A program made the translations under genes and the position numbers. 32,000 nucleotides of DNA, taken from an uncultured Alphaproteobacteria bacterium. GTDB lineage: Bacteria > Pseudomonadota > Alphaproteobacteria > Rhizobiales > Beijerinckiaceae. The notes beneath the pieces are model-generated. The model worked only from the letters and a program-made list of their open reading frames with translations. It searched no databases and was not told the DNA's origin. Where the stretch lies: contig CAVWXV010000021.1 of assembly GCA_963759185.1 (NCBI GenBank), forward strand, positions 69,247 through 101,246, given 5' to 3'. Within the stretch, counting starts at the first letter, position 1. Each line of letters starts with the position of its first letter. This document shows, piece after piece, positions 15,899 through 25,639 of this stretch.

Positions 15899-16914
15899 GC
15901 CTCGGCGAGGCGTTTCGTGTCCACCGCCGTATAGATCTGCGTCGTCGAGAGCGACGCATGGCCCAAAAGCTCCTGGATGGTGCGCAGATCGCCGCCGCGG
16001 CTCAAGAGATGGGTCGCGAAGGAATGGCGCAGCGCATGCGGCGTCGCCGTCTCGGGTAGGCCGAGCGCGCCACGCAATCTCTCGACCGTGAGCTGGATGA
16101 TGCGCGGAGACAAAGGCCCGCCTTTGGCGCCCAGAAACAAAGGCCCGTCGGACGCAAGTGGATAAGGACAGAGAGTGAGATAGCATTCGATCGCCTGCTG
16201 TATGGGCGCGATGATCGGGACGGACCTTTGCTTGCCGCCTTTGCCGAGGATGGTGATTTGGTCGTGGCCGCCGATCGGCGCGTCCTTGCGTGTGATCGAC
16301 AGGGCCTCTGAGATGCGCAGGCCGGCGCCATAGAGAAGCAAGAGCACGGCGGCATCGCGGGCGAGCACCCATTGCGGTTGCTCTTCGCCGGCGCGGGATT
16401 TTTGATCAACGAGCGCGCGCGCTGCCGAAGCAGGCAGGGCTTTCGGCAGGCTGCGTGCCAGCTTCGGGCTGCGCAGGCCGGCGAAGGCGGTGATCCGCAT
16501 GCCGTGATTGCGCTCCAGATAGCGGGCGAAGGAGCGCAAGGCCGAGAGCTGCCGCAAGAGCGAGCGGCTGCCTGTGCCACCATGGCGCCTTGCGGCGAGA
16601 AAGCCGCGCAGATCCGCCGTGGTGAGTTTGGAAAGAAGCGCGAGGCTCGGCGTCGCGCCCATATGTTCGCAGAGAAAATGCAGGAATTGGGTGAGATCGC
16701 GGCGATAGGCGGCAAGCGTATGGGGAGACGCGCGGCGCTCGCCGGCCAGATGGCTGAGCCAGGCTTGGGCCGCGCCGGCGAGATCGGCCGCGGCCGGCGC
16801 GATGGCGAAGAGATCGGCTGCAGACGGAGATGTAGCTTGAGAAGGTCGCACCGGCTTCATGGTGAATCTATGCCGCCGCAGAGATAAAGGAAGGGTTGCG
16901 GCAGCGTCATTCAA
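15868..16914 (-). CDS. xerC: Tyrosine recombinase XerC
   Basis: WLSHLAGERRASPHTLAAYRRDLTQFLHFL... in the N-terminal region, ...LLLLYGAGLRISEALSI...GKGGKQRSVPI...HALRHSFATHLLSRGGDLRTIQELLGHASLSTTQIYTAV carries the R..HxxR..Y catalytic signature. The start could be 16860. Confidence 0.8.
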   Translation of the reverse strand: MNDAAATLPLSLRRHRFTMKPVRPSQATSPSAADLFAIAPAAADLAGAAQAWLSHLAGERRASPHTLAAYRRDLTQFLHFLCEHMGATPSLALLSKLTTADLRGFLAARRHGGTGSRSLLRQLSALRSFARYLERNHGMRITAFAGLRSPKLARSLPKALPASAARALVDQKSRAGEEQPQWVLARDAAVLLLLYGAGLRISEALSITRKDAPIGGHDQITILGKGGKQRSVPIIAPIQQAIECYLTLCPYPLASDGPLFLGAKGGPLSPRIIQLTVERLRGALGLPETATPHALRHSFATHLLSRGGDLRTIQELLGHASLSTTQIYTAVDTKRLAEAYFSAHPRAR

Positions 16915-16925
16915 AAGGGATTGGC

Positions 16926-17017
16926 GAATCCTTCTCCCGATCGCAAGTCGGGCCTGCCCGACTTGCGCTTTGAAATGACGAGCTCGGGCAAGCCCGAGTT
17001 CGGTCGGGAGAAGGAAT
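16926..17017. repeat. Family-B (ccttctccc) composite palindromic element predicted to form a three-way junction
   Basis: The outer stem is TCCTTCTCCCGA (16929-16940) / TCGGGAGAAGGA (17003-17014). Inner hairpin 1 is GCAAGTCGGGC ct GCCCGACTTGC (perfect 11 bp). Inner hairpin 2 is GAGCTCGGGC aa GCCCGAGTTC (one G-U pair). The element fills the xerC / DUF1476 intergenic space. Confidence 0.8.
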
Positions 17018-17023
17018 GCGGCA

Positions 17024-17377
17024 TTAATGCCCCTGCCCTTGCTCCTTCGCCTCGGCGGCGACGGTCATGATCTCTTCCTTCGCCTTGGCGAAAAGTTCAT
17101 CCATCTCGCGGCGGATCTGATGGTCCGAGACCGCGACATGCGCGGCATCGAAATCGGCGCGGAGCTTCTTGAAGACCGCATCGTCGCCCTCTTCCTCGAG
17201 TTCGGCGGCGATGAGGCCCGCGGCATAATCCTCCGCCGCCTCGCCGGTCTTGCCGAGCTTTTCGGCGGCCCAAAGGCCGAGCCATTTGTTGCGGCGGACG
17301 GTGGCCTTGAATTTGAGCTCTTCTTCATGCGCGAGTTTGGCCTCATAGGCCTGCTCACGCTGGTCAAATGTCGTCAT
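17024..17377 (-). CDS. DUF1476 protein (homologue of the alphaproteobacterial F1-ATPase inhibitor zeta subunit)
   Basis: MTTFDQREQAYEAKLAHEEELKFKATVRRNKWLGLWAAEKLGKTGEAAEDYAAGLIAAELEEEGDDAVFKKLRADF... closely parallels the Paracoccus zeta-subunit/DUF1476 pattern. The internal ATG at 17377 is preferred over the track start at 17527. Confidence 0.75.
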   Translation of the reverse strand: MTTFDQREQAYEAKLAHEEELKFKATVRRNKWLGLWAAEKLGKTGEAAEDYAAGLIAAELEEEGDDAVFKKLRADFDAAHVAVSDHQIRREMDELFAKAKEEIMTVAAEAKEQGQGH

Positions 17378-18002
17378 CGCAACGCTCCTCGGCTCGCGCG
17401 GTCTCCACCGCTGAGATGATCTTAAGCTTGGCCTTGCTGTTTTGCCACTTTGGCGGACCTCAGCCGGTGCGGCCTTGCGCCAAATCAATAGCGCCAATTG
17501 CCGATCTTGGCCATGCAGGGCCGGCATAAGACGCCTGATCCGTCATGCCGGCCGGGCCGGACGGTGCGAAACCGGGACCGGCGTCGCGAATGTCGGCGCT
17601 CGGACCTTCCCGGCGGCCGGAGCAATACCTATATGACGGACGGATCGCCGCTTTGGTTTCGATCGAGGCAGCCCAGCGCAAACTGCGGCGATTCGGCGAG
17701 ACCGCCGTTCTAAAGCAGGGCAAAGCTGGCTCGTGGGTCAATCAAGCTCGCGTAAGGCTTTGTAAATATTATCAGAAAATGACCACTTTCCGCTGCGTTG
17801 TGGGACGAGGCGCTTTCGGATAGGGTAGGCTATCGGCTTGTATCCCTGTCCGGAAAAAGCTAGGACCCTTCCGGACCCGCGGCGCCGCAACGCGGAACGT
17901 TCGCCTGCCCAGCCTTGCGAATTCGATTGAAAACAGGGCCTGGGACACTCTCAAAGGAGCCAGGGCCACCCCATGGATCATCTCAAGCCAGGGTTAATCC
18001 CC

Positions 18003-18770
18003 ATGAACCGCCGCCGGCGCATTTACGAAGGCAAGGCCAAAGTCCTCTATGAGGGGCCTGAACCGGGCACGCTCATTCAACATTTCAAGGACGATGCAAC
18101 CGCGTTCAACGCCAAGAAACATGAGGTGATCGACGGAAAAGGCGTCCTCAACAACCGCATTTCCGAATTCATCTTCCAGAATTTGAACGACATAGGCGTC
18201 CCGACTCATTTCATCCGCAGGCTCAATATGCGCGAGCAGTTGATCCGCGAGGTGGAGATCGTGCCGCTCGAAGTCGTCGTCCGCAATGTCGCGGCGGGTT
18301 CGCTCTCGACCCGTCTCGGCCTCGAGGAAGGCACGCAGCTGCCCCGCTCGATCATCGAATTCTATTACAAGAACGATCAGCTGAACGATCCGATGGTGTC
18401 GGAGGAGCATATCACCGCCTTCGGCTGGGCGAGCCCACAGGAGATCGACGACATCATGGCGCTCGCCATCAGGGTCAATGATTTCCTGACCGGACTGTTC
18501 CTCGGCGTCGGCATCCGTCTCGTCGATTTCAAGATGGAATGCGGGCGGCTCTGGGAAGGCGACATGATGCGGATCGTCGTTGCCGACGAGATCTCCCCGG
18601 ATTCCTGCCGGCTCTGGGATATCAAATCGAACGACAAGCTCGACAAGGATCGGTTCCGCCGCGACATGGGCGGGCTCGTCGAAGCCTATACGGAAGTGGC
18701 GCGCCGCCTCGGGATTCTGCAGGAGAACGAGCAGCCGCGCGCGCCCGGACCGAAGCTCGTGCAGCAGTAA
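18003..18770 (+). CDS. purC: Phosphoribosylaminoimidazole-succinocarboxamide (SAICAR) synthase
   Basis: [41 protein letters not shown]...[15 protein letters not shown]... is the typical alphaproteobacterial PurC sequence. Confidence 0.92.
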   Translation: MNRRRRIYEGKAKVLYEGPEPGTLIQHFKDDATAFNAKKHEVIDGKGVLNNRISEFIFQNLNDIGVPTHFIRRLNMREQLIREVEIVPLEVVVRNVAAGSLSTRLGLEEGTQLPRSIIEFYYKNDQLNDPMVSEEHITAFGWASPQEIDDIMALAIRVNDFLTGLFLGVGIRLVDFKMECGRLWEGDMMRIVVADEISPDSCRLWDIKSNDKLDKDRFRRDMGGLVEAYTEVARRLGILQENEQPRAPGPKLVQQ

Positions 18771-18803
18771 GGGCGGCGCTTCGCAGTCTGATCGACAGCA
18801 TCG

Positions 18804-18834
18804 AAACCCGCCCCAAAAGGGCGGGTTTTTGCTT
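18804..18834 (+). terminator. Rho-independent terminator after purC
   Basis: AAACCCGCCC (18804-18813), loop caaaa, GGGCGGGTTT (18819-18828), running into TTTTTGCTT. Confidence 0.85.
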
Positions 18835-18883
18835 CTATCGCCGCCTCTGCTATCTTGCGCTTCCATGTGATGGGGCCGGACAG

Positions 18884-19450
18884 ATGGGTGTTCCCTCGCG
18901 CAATCCCAATCCGATGACGGCGGAAGATTTTTTCGCCTTCACACAGACGCGTCCTGATGAGGAAAAATGGGAGCTGATCGAGGGCGAGCCGGTCATGAGT
19001 CCGAGTGCGAGTTTTCCTCACCAAATCATAGTTCGAAATCTCATTTTCGCGCTTATGCAGAGGGAACGCGGCGTTCCTTGGATTGCTATCCCCGGGATCG
19101 GCGTGGAAGTGTCGAAGACCGACATTCCCGTTCCCGACGTGCTCGTGCGTCCACGCGACACGCTTCCGAGCTGGAAATGCGACGACATGATCGTCGCCTT
19201 CGAAATTCTCTCACCTTCGACGCAAGACCGCGATCTGCGTTGGAAGCGCCAGGCCTATGCCAAGCTCACGAGCCTGCAGCATTATGTCGTGATCGCCCAG
19301 GATGCGATCGAGGTCGCAGTCTATGACCGCGCCAATGGCTTTGCCGAAAGGCGCCTCGGCCGGCTCGATGCCAGCCTCGACCTGCCTGCCTTGGGGCTCT
19401 CTTTGCCACTTACCGAAATCTATCGGGATACGGGGCTCGCGCCGGCGTGA
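18884..19450 (+). CDS. Uma2-family (DUF820) putative endonuclease
   Basis: MTAEDFFAFTQTRPDEEKWELIEGEPVMSPSASFPHQ...PDVLVRPRD...VAFEILSPSTQDRDLRWKRQAYAKLTSLQHYVVI fits the Uma2 PD-(D/E)xK-like pattern. The start at 18884 lies inside a longer track ORF that overlaps purC. Confidence 0.75.
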   Translation: MGVPSRNPNPMTAEDFFAFTQTRPDEEKWELIEGEPVMSPSASFPHQIIVRNLIFALMQRERGVPWIAIPGIGVEVSKTDIPVPDVLVRPRDTLPSWKCDDMIVAFEILSPSTQDRDLRWKRQAYAKLTSLQHYVVIAQDAIEVAVYDRANGFAERRLGRLDASLDLPALGLSLPLTEIYRDTGLAPA

Positions 19451-19518
19451 AGCGCATTGCATGAGGGCGCCGTTGCCGTTAACGCTGGCGCGATCATCGA
19501 TCCAGGACAGGCAGGCCC

Positions 19519-19755
19519 GTGAAAGCGCGCGTCATCGTCACTTTGAAGCCGGGCATTCTCGATCCGCAGGGCAAGGCCATCGAAGGTGCCTTGAGGAGCC
19601 TCGATATTTTTGGCATCGACAGCGTCCGTCAGGGCAAGATTTTTGACATCGAGCTCACGATCGAGGATCGCGCCAAGGCTGAGGCCGTGCTGAAACAGGC
19701 TTGCGAAAAACTTCTCGCCAATATGGTTATCGAGAACTACCGGATCGAATTTTGA
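19519..19755 (+). CDS. purS: Phosphoribosylformylglycinamidine synthase subunit PurS
   Basis: GTG start. MKARVIVTLKPGILDPQGKAIEGALRSLDIFGIDSVRQGKIFDIEL... is canonical PurS. Confidence 0.9.
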   Translation: MKARVIVTLKPGILDPQGKAIEGALRSLDIFGIDSVRQGKIFDIELTIEDRAKAEAVLKQACEKLLANMVIENYRIEF

Positions 19756-19760
19756 GAGGA

Positions 19761-19786
19761 ATCCTTCTCCCGCAAGCGGGGGAAGG
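19761..19786. repeat. Family-B hairpin (CCTTCTCCCGC aa GCGGGGGAAGG) inserted between purS and purQ
   Basis: The stem is 11 bp with one T-G pair. It shares the (a)tccttctccc motif with the elements at 16926 and 20503. Confidence 0.7.
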
Positions 19787-19805
19787 GAGACACAAGGGAC
19801 AGGAC

Positions 19806-20496
<691 letters not shown>

Positions 20497-20502
20497 GCGC
20501 GC

Positions 20503-20556
20503 TCCTTCTCCCGCTTGCGCATCCTTCCCCTTTCAGGGGAGGGATCACCGAACCAA
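20503..20556. repeat. Family-B element between purQ and purL (ctccttctcccgcttgcg plus hairpin ATCCTTCCCCT ttc AGGGGAGGGAT)
   Basis: Read directly from the sequence. The stem has one mismatch, and the ccttctccc / ccttcccc motifs are shared with the other family-B copies. Confidence 0.65.
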
Positions 20557-20587
20557 TCGCCGTTCCTCAGCTTAGTCCCGCACCATT

Positions 20588-22795
20588 ATGAAAAAAGATC
20601 CCGCCATCACCCCAGAGCTCGTCGCCGCGCATGGCCTCAAGCCGGATGAATATGAGCGCATCCTAAAACTCATCGGGCGGGCGCCGACATTCACCGAGCT
20701 CGGCATTTTCTCCGCCATGTGGAACGAGCATTGTTCCTATAAATCCTCGCGGCTGCATCTGCGCAAATTGCCGACTAAGGCGCCTTGGGTCATTCAAGGT
20801 CCGGGCGAAAATGCCGGCGTCATCGATATTGGCGACGGGCTCGCTTGCGTCTTCAAGATGGAGAGTCATAACCATCCGTCTTATATCGAGCCCTATCAGG
20901 GCGCGGCGACGGGCGTCGGCGGGATCTTGCGCGATGTCTTCACCATGGGCGCGCGGCCGGTCGCCTGCCTCGATCTCCTGCGCTTCGGCGCGCCGGAGCA
21001 CCCCTTGACCCGGCATCTCGTCGGCGGAGTCGTTGCCGGCATTGGCGGCTATGGCAATAGTTTCGGCGTGCCGACCGTCGGCGGGTCGACGCATTTTCAT
21101 TCGGGCTATGACGGGAACATTCTCGTCAATGCGATGGCGGTCGGCATCGCTAGGAAGGACGAGATTTTCTATGCCAAGGCGACTGGCATCGGCAATCCGA
21201 TCGTCTATCTCGGCTCGAAGACCGGCCGCGACGGCATTCATGGCGCGAGCATGGCCTCGGCTGCCTTTGAAGCCGATGCGCAGGAGAAGCGCCCGACTGT
21301 CCAGGTCGGCGATCCTTTCTCCGAAAAGCTGCTGTTGGAGGCCTGTCTGGAGCTGATGCAGACCGGCGCCGTCGTTGCCATTCAAGACATGGGCGCCGCG
21401 GGGCTCACTTCTTCGGCCGTCGAAATGGGCGCCAAGGGCGATCTCGGCGTCGAGCTCGATCTCGACAAGGTCCCTTGCCGCGAAGAGGGGATGAGCGCCT
21501 ATGAGATGATGCTCTCCGAAAGCCAGGAGCGCATGCTGATGGTGCTGACGCCGGAGAAGGAGAAAGAGGCCGAAGCGATCTTCCGCAAATGGGGGCTCGA
21601 TTTCGCGATCATCGGCAAGACGACCGATAATCTGCGCTTCATCGTCAAACATCATGGCGAGATCAAAGCCGATCTGCCGATCAAGGAGCTTGGCGATCAG
21701 GCGCCGCTTTACGACCGGCCGCATGTGCCGCCGCTCAAGCCGGCTGCGATAACCGCTGCGGATATTGTGCCGCCCATTTCCAATGCCGAGGCGCTGCTCC
21801 GCCTCATCGGCAGCCCGAATCTCTCATCGAAGCGCTGGGTCTATGAGCAATATGATCATCTGATCCTCGGCAATACGGTGCAGCCGCCGGGCGGCGATGC
21901 CGCGGTCATCCGGATCGGCGAAGGGCCGAAGGGGCTGGCGCTCACCGTCGATGTCAATGAGATCTATTGCACGGCCGATCCCTATGAGGGCGGCAAGCAG
22001 GCGGTTGCGGAAGCCTGGCGCAATCTTTCCGTGGTCGGCGCCGAGCCAATGGCCGTCACCGACAATCTCAATTTCGGCAATCCGGAAAAGCCCGAAATCA
22101 TGGGCCAGTTCGTCGCCGCGATCGAAGGGATAGCGGAGGCCTGCCGGGCGCTCGATTTCCCGATCGTGTCGGGCAATGTGTCGCTCTATAATGAAAGCCC
22201 CGGCGGCGCGATCCCGCCGACGCCTTCGATCGGCGGCGTCGGTCTGCTCGAAGATGCGAGCCGGACCCAGACGATCTCTTTCAAGCGGCCGGGCGATTTG
22301 ATCCTGCTCATCGGCGAAACGGCAGGATCGCTCGGCGCCTCCGCCTATTTGCGCGAGATCCTTGGGCGCGAGGATGGCGCCCCGCCAAAAGTCGATCTCG
22401 CCGCCGAGCGAAAGAACGGCACCTTCGTGCGCGGCCTCGTCCGCAACCGGGCGGTGACCGCCGCGCATGACCTTTCGGAGGGCGGGCTCGCCGTGGCTCT
22501 GGCCGAAATGGCGCTCGCCGGCGCTATCGGTGCGAATGTCGACATAGTGCCGGCGCTGCCGCTGCATGGCTTCCTCTTCGGCGAGGACCAGGCGCGCTAT
22601 CTCCTGACCGCCGCTCCGGAAAAGGCCGAAGCCATAAGCGCGGCGGCACTGGCTGAGGGGATCGCCTGCCGCATCATCGGCACGACGGGCGGAGATGCGT
22701 TGACCATCAAGGGCGAGACCGCCATATTCATGGCTGACCTGAAACACCGGCACGAGCAATGGCTCCCCGATTTCATGCGCGGCGCGCAAGGCTGA
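20588..22795 (+). CDS. purL: Phosphoribosylformylglycinamidine synthase subunit PurL (FGAM synthase II)
   Basis: 735 aa: ...[15 protein letters not shown]...[27 protein letters not shown]... Confidence 0.95.
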   Translation: MKKDPAITPELVAAHGLKPDEYERILKLIGRAPTFTELGIFSAMWNEHCSYKSSRLHLRKLPTKAPWVIQGPGENAGVIDIGDGLACVFKMESHNHPSYIEPYQGAATGVGGILRDVFTMGARPVACLDLLRFGAPEHPLTRHLVGGVVAGIGGYGNSFGVPTVGGSTHFHSGYDGNILVNAMAVGIARKDEIFYAKATGIGNPIVYLGSKTGRDGIHGASMASAAFEADAQEKRPTVQVGDPFSEKLLLEACLELMQTGAVVAIQDMGAAGLTSSAVEMGAKGDLGVELDLDKVPCREEGMSAYEMMLSESQERMLMVLTPEKEKEAEAIFRKWGLDFAIIGKTTDNLRFIVKHHGEIKADLPIKELGDQAPLYDRPHVPPLKPAAITAADIVPPISNAEALLRLIGSPNLSSKRWVYEQYDHLILGNTVQPPGGDAAVIRIGEGPKGLALTVDVNEIYCTADPYEGGKQAVAEAWRNLSVVGAEPMAVTDNLNFGNPEKPEIMGQFVAAIEGIAEACRALDFPIVSGNVSLYNESPGGAIPPTPSIGGVGLLEDASRTQTISFKRPGDLILLIGETAGSLGASAYLREILGREDGAPPKVDLAAERKNGTFVRGLVRNRAVTAAHDLSEGGLAVALAEMALAGAIGANVDIVPALPLHGFLFGEDQARYLLTAAPEKAEAISAAALAEGIACRIIGTTGGDALTIKGETAIFMADLKHRHEQWLPDFMRGAQG

Positions 22796-22854
22796 CGGGA
22801 GCTATGGCGTAGATTTTGCTTGCGCCTTCGCCCAGAGAGACGAGGATCTAACCT

Positions 22855-23088
22855 ATGCCCATGGAACAATCAGAAATCGAGCGGCTCATCAAGGAAGGCA
22901 TTCCGGACGCCAAGGTCCAGTGCACCGATCTCGTCGGCGACAAGGACCATTGGGCCGCGGTAGTTATTTCTTCCGAGTTCACCGGCAAGAGCAAGCTTCA
23001 GCAGCATCAGCTCGTCTATAAGGCCCTGGGCGAGCATATGGGCGGCGTGCTCCACGCGTTGCAGCTCCAGACTTTCGCGCCCAAATAA
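22855..23088 (+). CDS. BolA-family protein
   Basis: 77 aa: ...[34 protein letters not shown]...[11 protein letters not shown]. It is paired with the downstream monothiol glutaredoxin, as is usual. Confidence 0.85.
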   Translation: MPMEQSEIERLIKEGIPDAKVQCTDLVGDKDHWAAVVISSEFTGKSKLQQHQLVYKALGEHMGGVLHALQLQTFAPK

Positions 23089-23153
23089 GTCTGAACATTC
23101 CGCTTCCCCCGGGCTTCTCGCCGAAGCCGTCAGAAATCCGAAAGGACCCGGCC

Positions 23154-23504
<351 letters not shown>

Positions 23505-23521
23505 GAGCGCCTCCTCAAATT

Positions 23522-23555
23522 AAGGCCGCCCGCGCCGTGAGACATGGGCGGCCTT
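23522..23555. terminator. GC-rich hairpin between convergent grxD and the small Cys-containing ORF (possible bidirectional terminator)
   Basis: AAGGCCGCCC (23522-23531) and GGGCGGCCTT (23546-23555) flank a 14-nt loop. On the minus strand the hairpin is followed by AATTT. No clear U tract follows it on the plus strand. Confidence 0.45.
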
Positions 23556-23629
23556 ATGCCGTAGCGAAGTGCTCACAGAAGCGGCCCAAATCGGTCACGT
23601 CTCGAAGCGGGCGTGGCTCTTGGGCAAAC

Positions 23630-23926
23630 TCATTCGCTCATATATTTTTCGCACGCAGAGCATCCGGAGAGCGCCGAGTATTGCTCATAGACGTCCTTGA
23701 TGATGTCGGTGAAGTCTCTCCGGGTTGTGCCGCGCGGCAGCACGATCTTTCCGGCAGTAATCCTGGCATTGGCCGCCTTGTATGCCTCTTCCACATCGGA
23801 AGAACCTTCGAAATATTCGCCATCATGATATTCGCACTCCTTAAGAGTGCCAACATCCAACAGTACTCGCATCGCCTCGCAACGAAGCTCTTCAACTTCT
23901 TCCATCAATCGCTTTGCTTGGCCCAT
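23630..23926 (-). CDS. Hypothetical small protein (98 aa) with a CxC...CxxC cysteine pattern, in an AT-richer pocket
   Basis: MGQAKRLMEEVEELRCEAMRVLLDVGTLKECEYHDGEYFEGSSDVEEAYKAANARITAGKIVLPRGTTRRDFTDIIKDVYEQYSALSGCSACEKYMSE. I recognise no domain. The composition is protein-like. The internal ATG at 23926 is preferred over 23980. Confidence 0.5.
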   Translation of the reverse strand: MGQAKRLMEEVEELRCEAMRVLLDVGTLKECEYHDGEYFEGSSDVEEAYKAANARITAGKIVLPRGTTRRDFTDIIKDVYEQYSALSGCSACEKYMSE

Positions 23927-24013
23927 ATACACGAACTCCAAATTACATAGAATCCTCTCAAATGGGGTTCCGTGCAGCACATTTCAAAACCAGGATTCGC
24001 GTTTTTCCAGGTC

Positions 24014-25639
24014 TCAGTAGACGTCGGTCTGATAGCTGCCGCCCTTCTTCATCTCCTGCACGAATTGGCGGGCTGCTTCCGCATCTCTGCGCGAATGTTC
24101 GGCGACAATGTCGATGACAGCCTTCTCGACATCGCCGGCCATGCGTGAGGCATCGCCGCAGACATAGAGATGGGCGCCGCGGGCGATCCACTCCCAAATC
24201 GTCCAGCCGGCCTCGCGCAGCCTGTCCTGCACATAGACCTTCTTCTCGTCGTCGCGCGACCAGGCGAGCGACAGGTTCGTCAGCACGCCCTGTTTCAGAA
24301 ACGCCTCTATCTCTTCTTCATAGAAGAAATCCGTCGCCTGGTGCTGATGGCCGAAGAAGAGCCAGGCGCCGCCCGTGGCGCCTTGCGCCTGCCGCTCCTG
24401 CAGGAAAGCGCGGAAGGGCGCGACGCCCGTTCCCGGCCCGATCATGAGGATCGGCGTGTCGCCGCGCGCCGGCAAAGCGAAATCATGGGCGCGCTGCACA
24501 TAGGCCTTGAGCTTCGCACCTTCTTGCAGACGCTCGGCAAGGAAAGACGAGGCGACGCCATGGCGCAGACGCTCGCCGACGAAATAGCGCACATGATCGA
24601 CGGTGAGGCTGACGCGGCCCGGAACAGCCTTGGGCGAGGAGGAGATGGAATAAAGCCGCGGCTGCAGCTGATCGAGACATTCGACCAGTGCTTCGGGGTC
24701 GGGATGGACGCCTGAAAATTTTTCGAATGCGGCGAGAACGTCGAGGCTCATTGCATCGCCGTCGGGATCTTCGCCCTTGGCGAGCTGCTTGGCCTTCTGC
24801 CGCCGTTCGCCGCCGGTGATATAGGAGAGGAGTTCGAACAGAGCGTCTGGCGCGGCACGGAGCGCGACATCGCTCAAGAGCACGTCGCGCAAAGGCCGAT
24901 CCATGATCGGGAAATCGGCCGGCGCATGGATCGCCGCGAGAATAGCGTCGACGACCGCCGGATCATTTTGCGGATAGATGCCGAAACTGTCGCCGACGGT
25001 ATAATCGAGGCCGCTCTCGGAGAGATCGAATTCGATATGATAGGCGGCTTTTTCCGAGCCTTCCTTGGTGAGTTTTCGGCGCGAGAGAAAAGTGACTTCG
25101 ACCGGAGTCTCCCGCGCATAGCCTTGTGGCTTCGGCGCGGCTGCTTGCGCCGGCACCATTGCTTTCGCCGCGGGCGCATGCGGCGCGGCCGGAGCCTCTT
25201 CGACGAGCGTTTTGAGCGCCCGCGCGGTGATTTTCTCGCCGGGGACGCAAAGGTTCAGGCGGGTCTCAGTGCCGCTCGCGATCGCGTCGGCATAGGTCTC
25301 GCACATATAGCCGCATTGGCCGCAGTCCTGCTGCGCCATGGCGGCCATCAGTCGCCGCCGCAGCGGCCGGCCCCTGGCGCGCTTCATGCGGTCTTCGAAA
25401 GCCATGGCAGCATCGTGCCATGGCGCGCCGTCGTCAGCCTCCACCTGGGCTTCCACTTGCGGCGCCTTGGCGAGGTTGGCGACGGCATCGGCCGAAATTG
25501 GCAGAGCCGCTGGCGCGAGATCGGTCGGCGCGAAGAGGCCGGCAAAAAACCCGTTCAGCCAGGCGCGCTGCTCCAGGCTGAAGGGCGCATTCTCGGGCAG
25601 CAGCGGGATCATGTCGGGAGGGGGGCTGGAAAAGCTCAT
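24014..25639 (-). CDS. Sulfite-reductase-type flavoprotein (CysJ-like FAD/NADPH module, no flavodoxin domain; N-terminal Cys-containing domain)
   Basis: The C-terminal part has ...RLYSISSSP...GVASSFL...PILMIGPGTGVAPFRAFLQER...VYVCGDASRMAGDVEKA...YQTDVY, the ferredoxin-reductase/CysJ signature. The N-terminal part has LLPENAPFSLEQRAWLNGFFAGL and QQDCGQCGYMCETY. The ATG at 25639 overlaps the upstream stop as ATGA. Confidence 0.85.
   Translation of the reverse strand: MSFSSPPPDMIPLLPENAPFSLEQRAWLNGFFAGLFAPTDLAPAALPISADAVANLAKAPQVEAQVEADDGAPWHDAAMAFEDRMKRARGRPLRRRLMAAMAQQDCGQCGYMCETYADAIASGTETRLNLCVPGEKITARALKTLVEEAPAAPHAPAAKAMVPAQAAAPKPQGYARETPVEVTFLSRRKLTKEGSEKAAYHIEFDLSESGLDYTVGDSFGIYPQNDPAVVDAILAAIHAPADFPIMDRPLRDVLLSDVALRAAPDALFELLSYITGGERRQKAKQLAKGEDPDGDAMSLDVLAAFEKFSGVHPDPEALVECLDQLQPRLYSISSSPKAVPGRVSLTVDHVRYFVGERLRHGVASSFLAERLQEGAKLKAYVQRAHDFALPARGDTPILMIGPGTGVAPFRAFLQERQAQGATGGAWLFFGHQHQATDFFYEEEIEAFLKQGVLTNLSLAWSRDDEKKVYVQDRLREAGWTIWEWIARGAHLYVCGDASRMAGDVEKAVIDIVAEHSRRDAEAARQFVQEMKKGGSYQTDVY

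Noticed and set aside
17528-18002. Possible ZTP (pfl) or other purine-related riboswitch in the roughly 470-nt region upstream of purC
   Set aside because: There are fragments vaguely like GGGxCG...GGCG and CGCCTGCCCA. The conserved pfl cores (GGGTCGTGACTGGCG, CCGCCTGGGCA) are not present. I saw local hairpins only. Not supportable without a covariance-model search.
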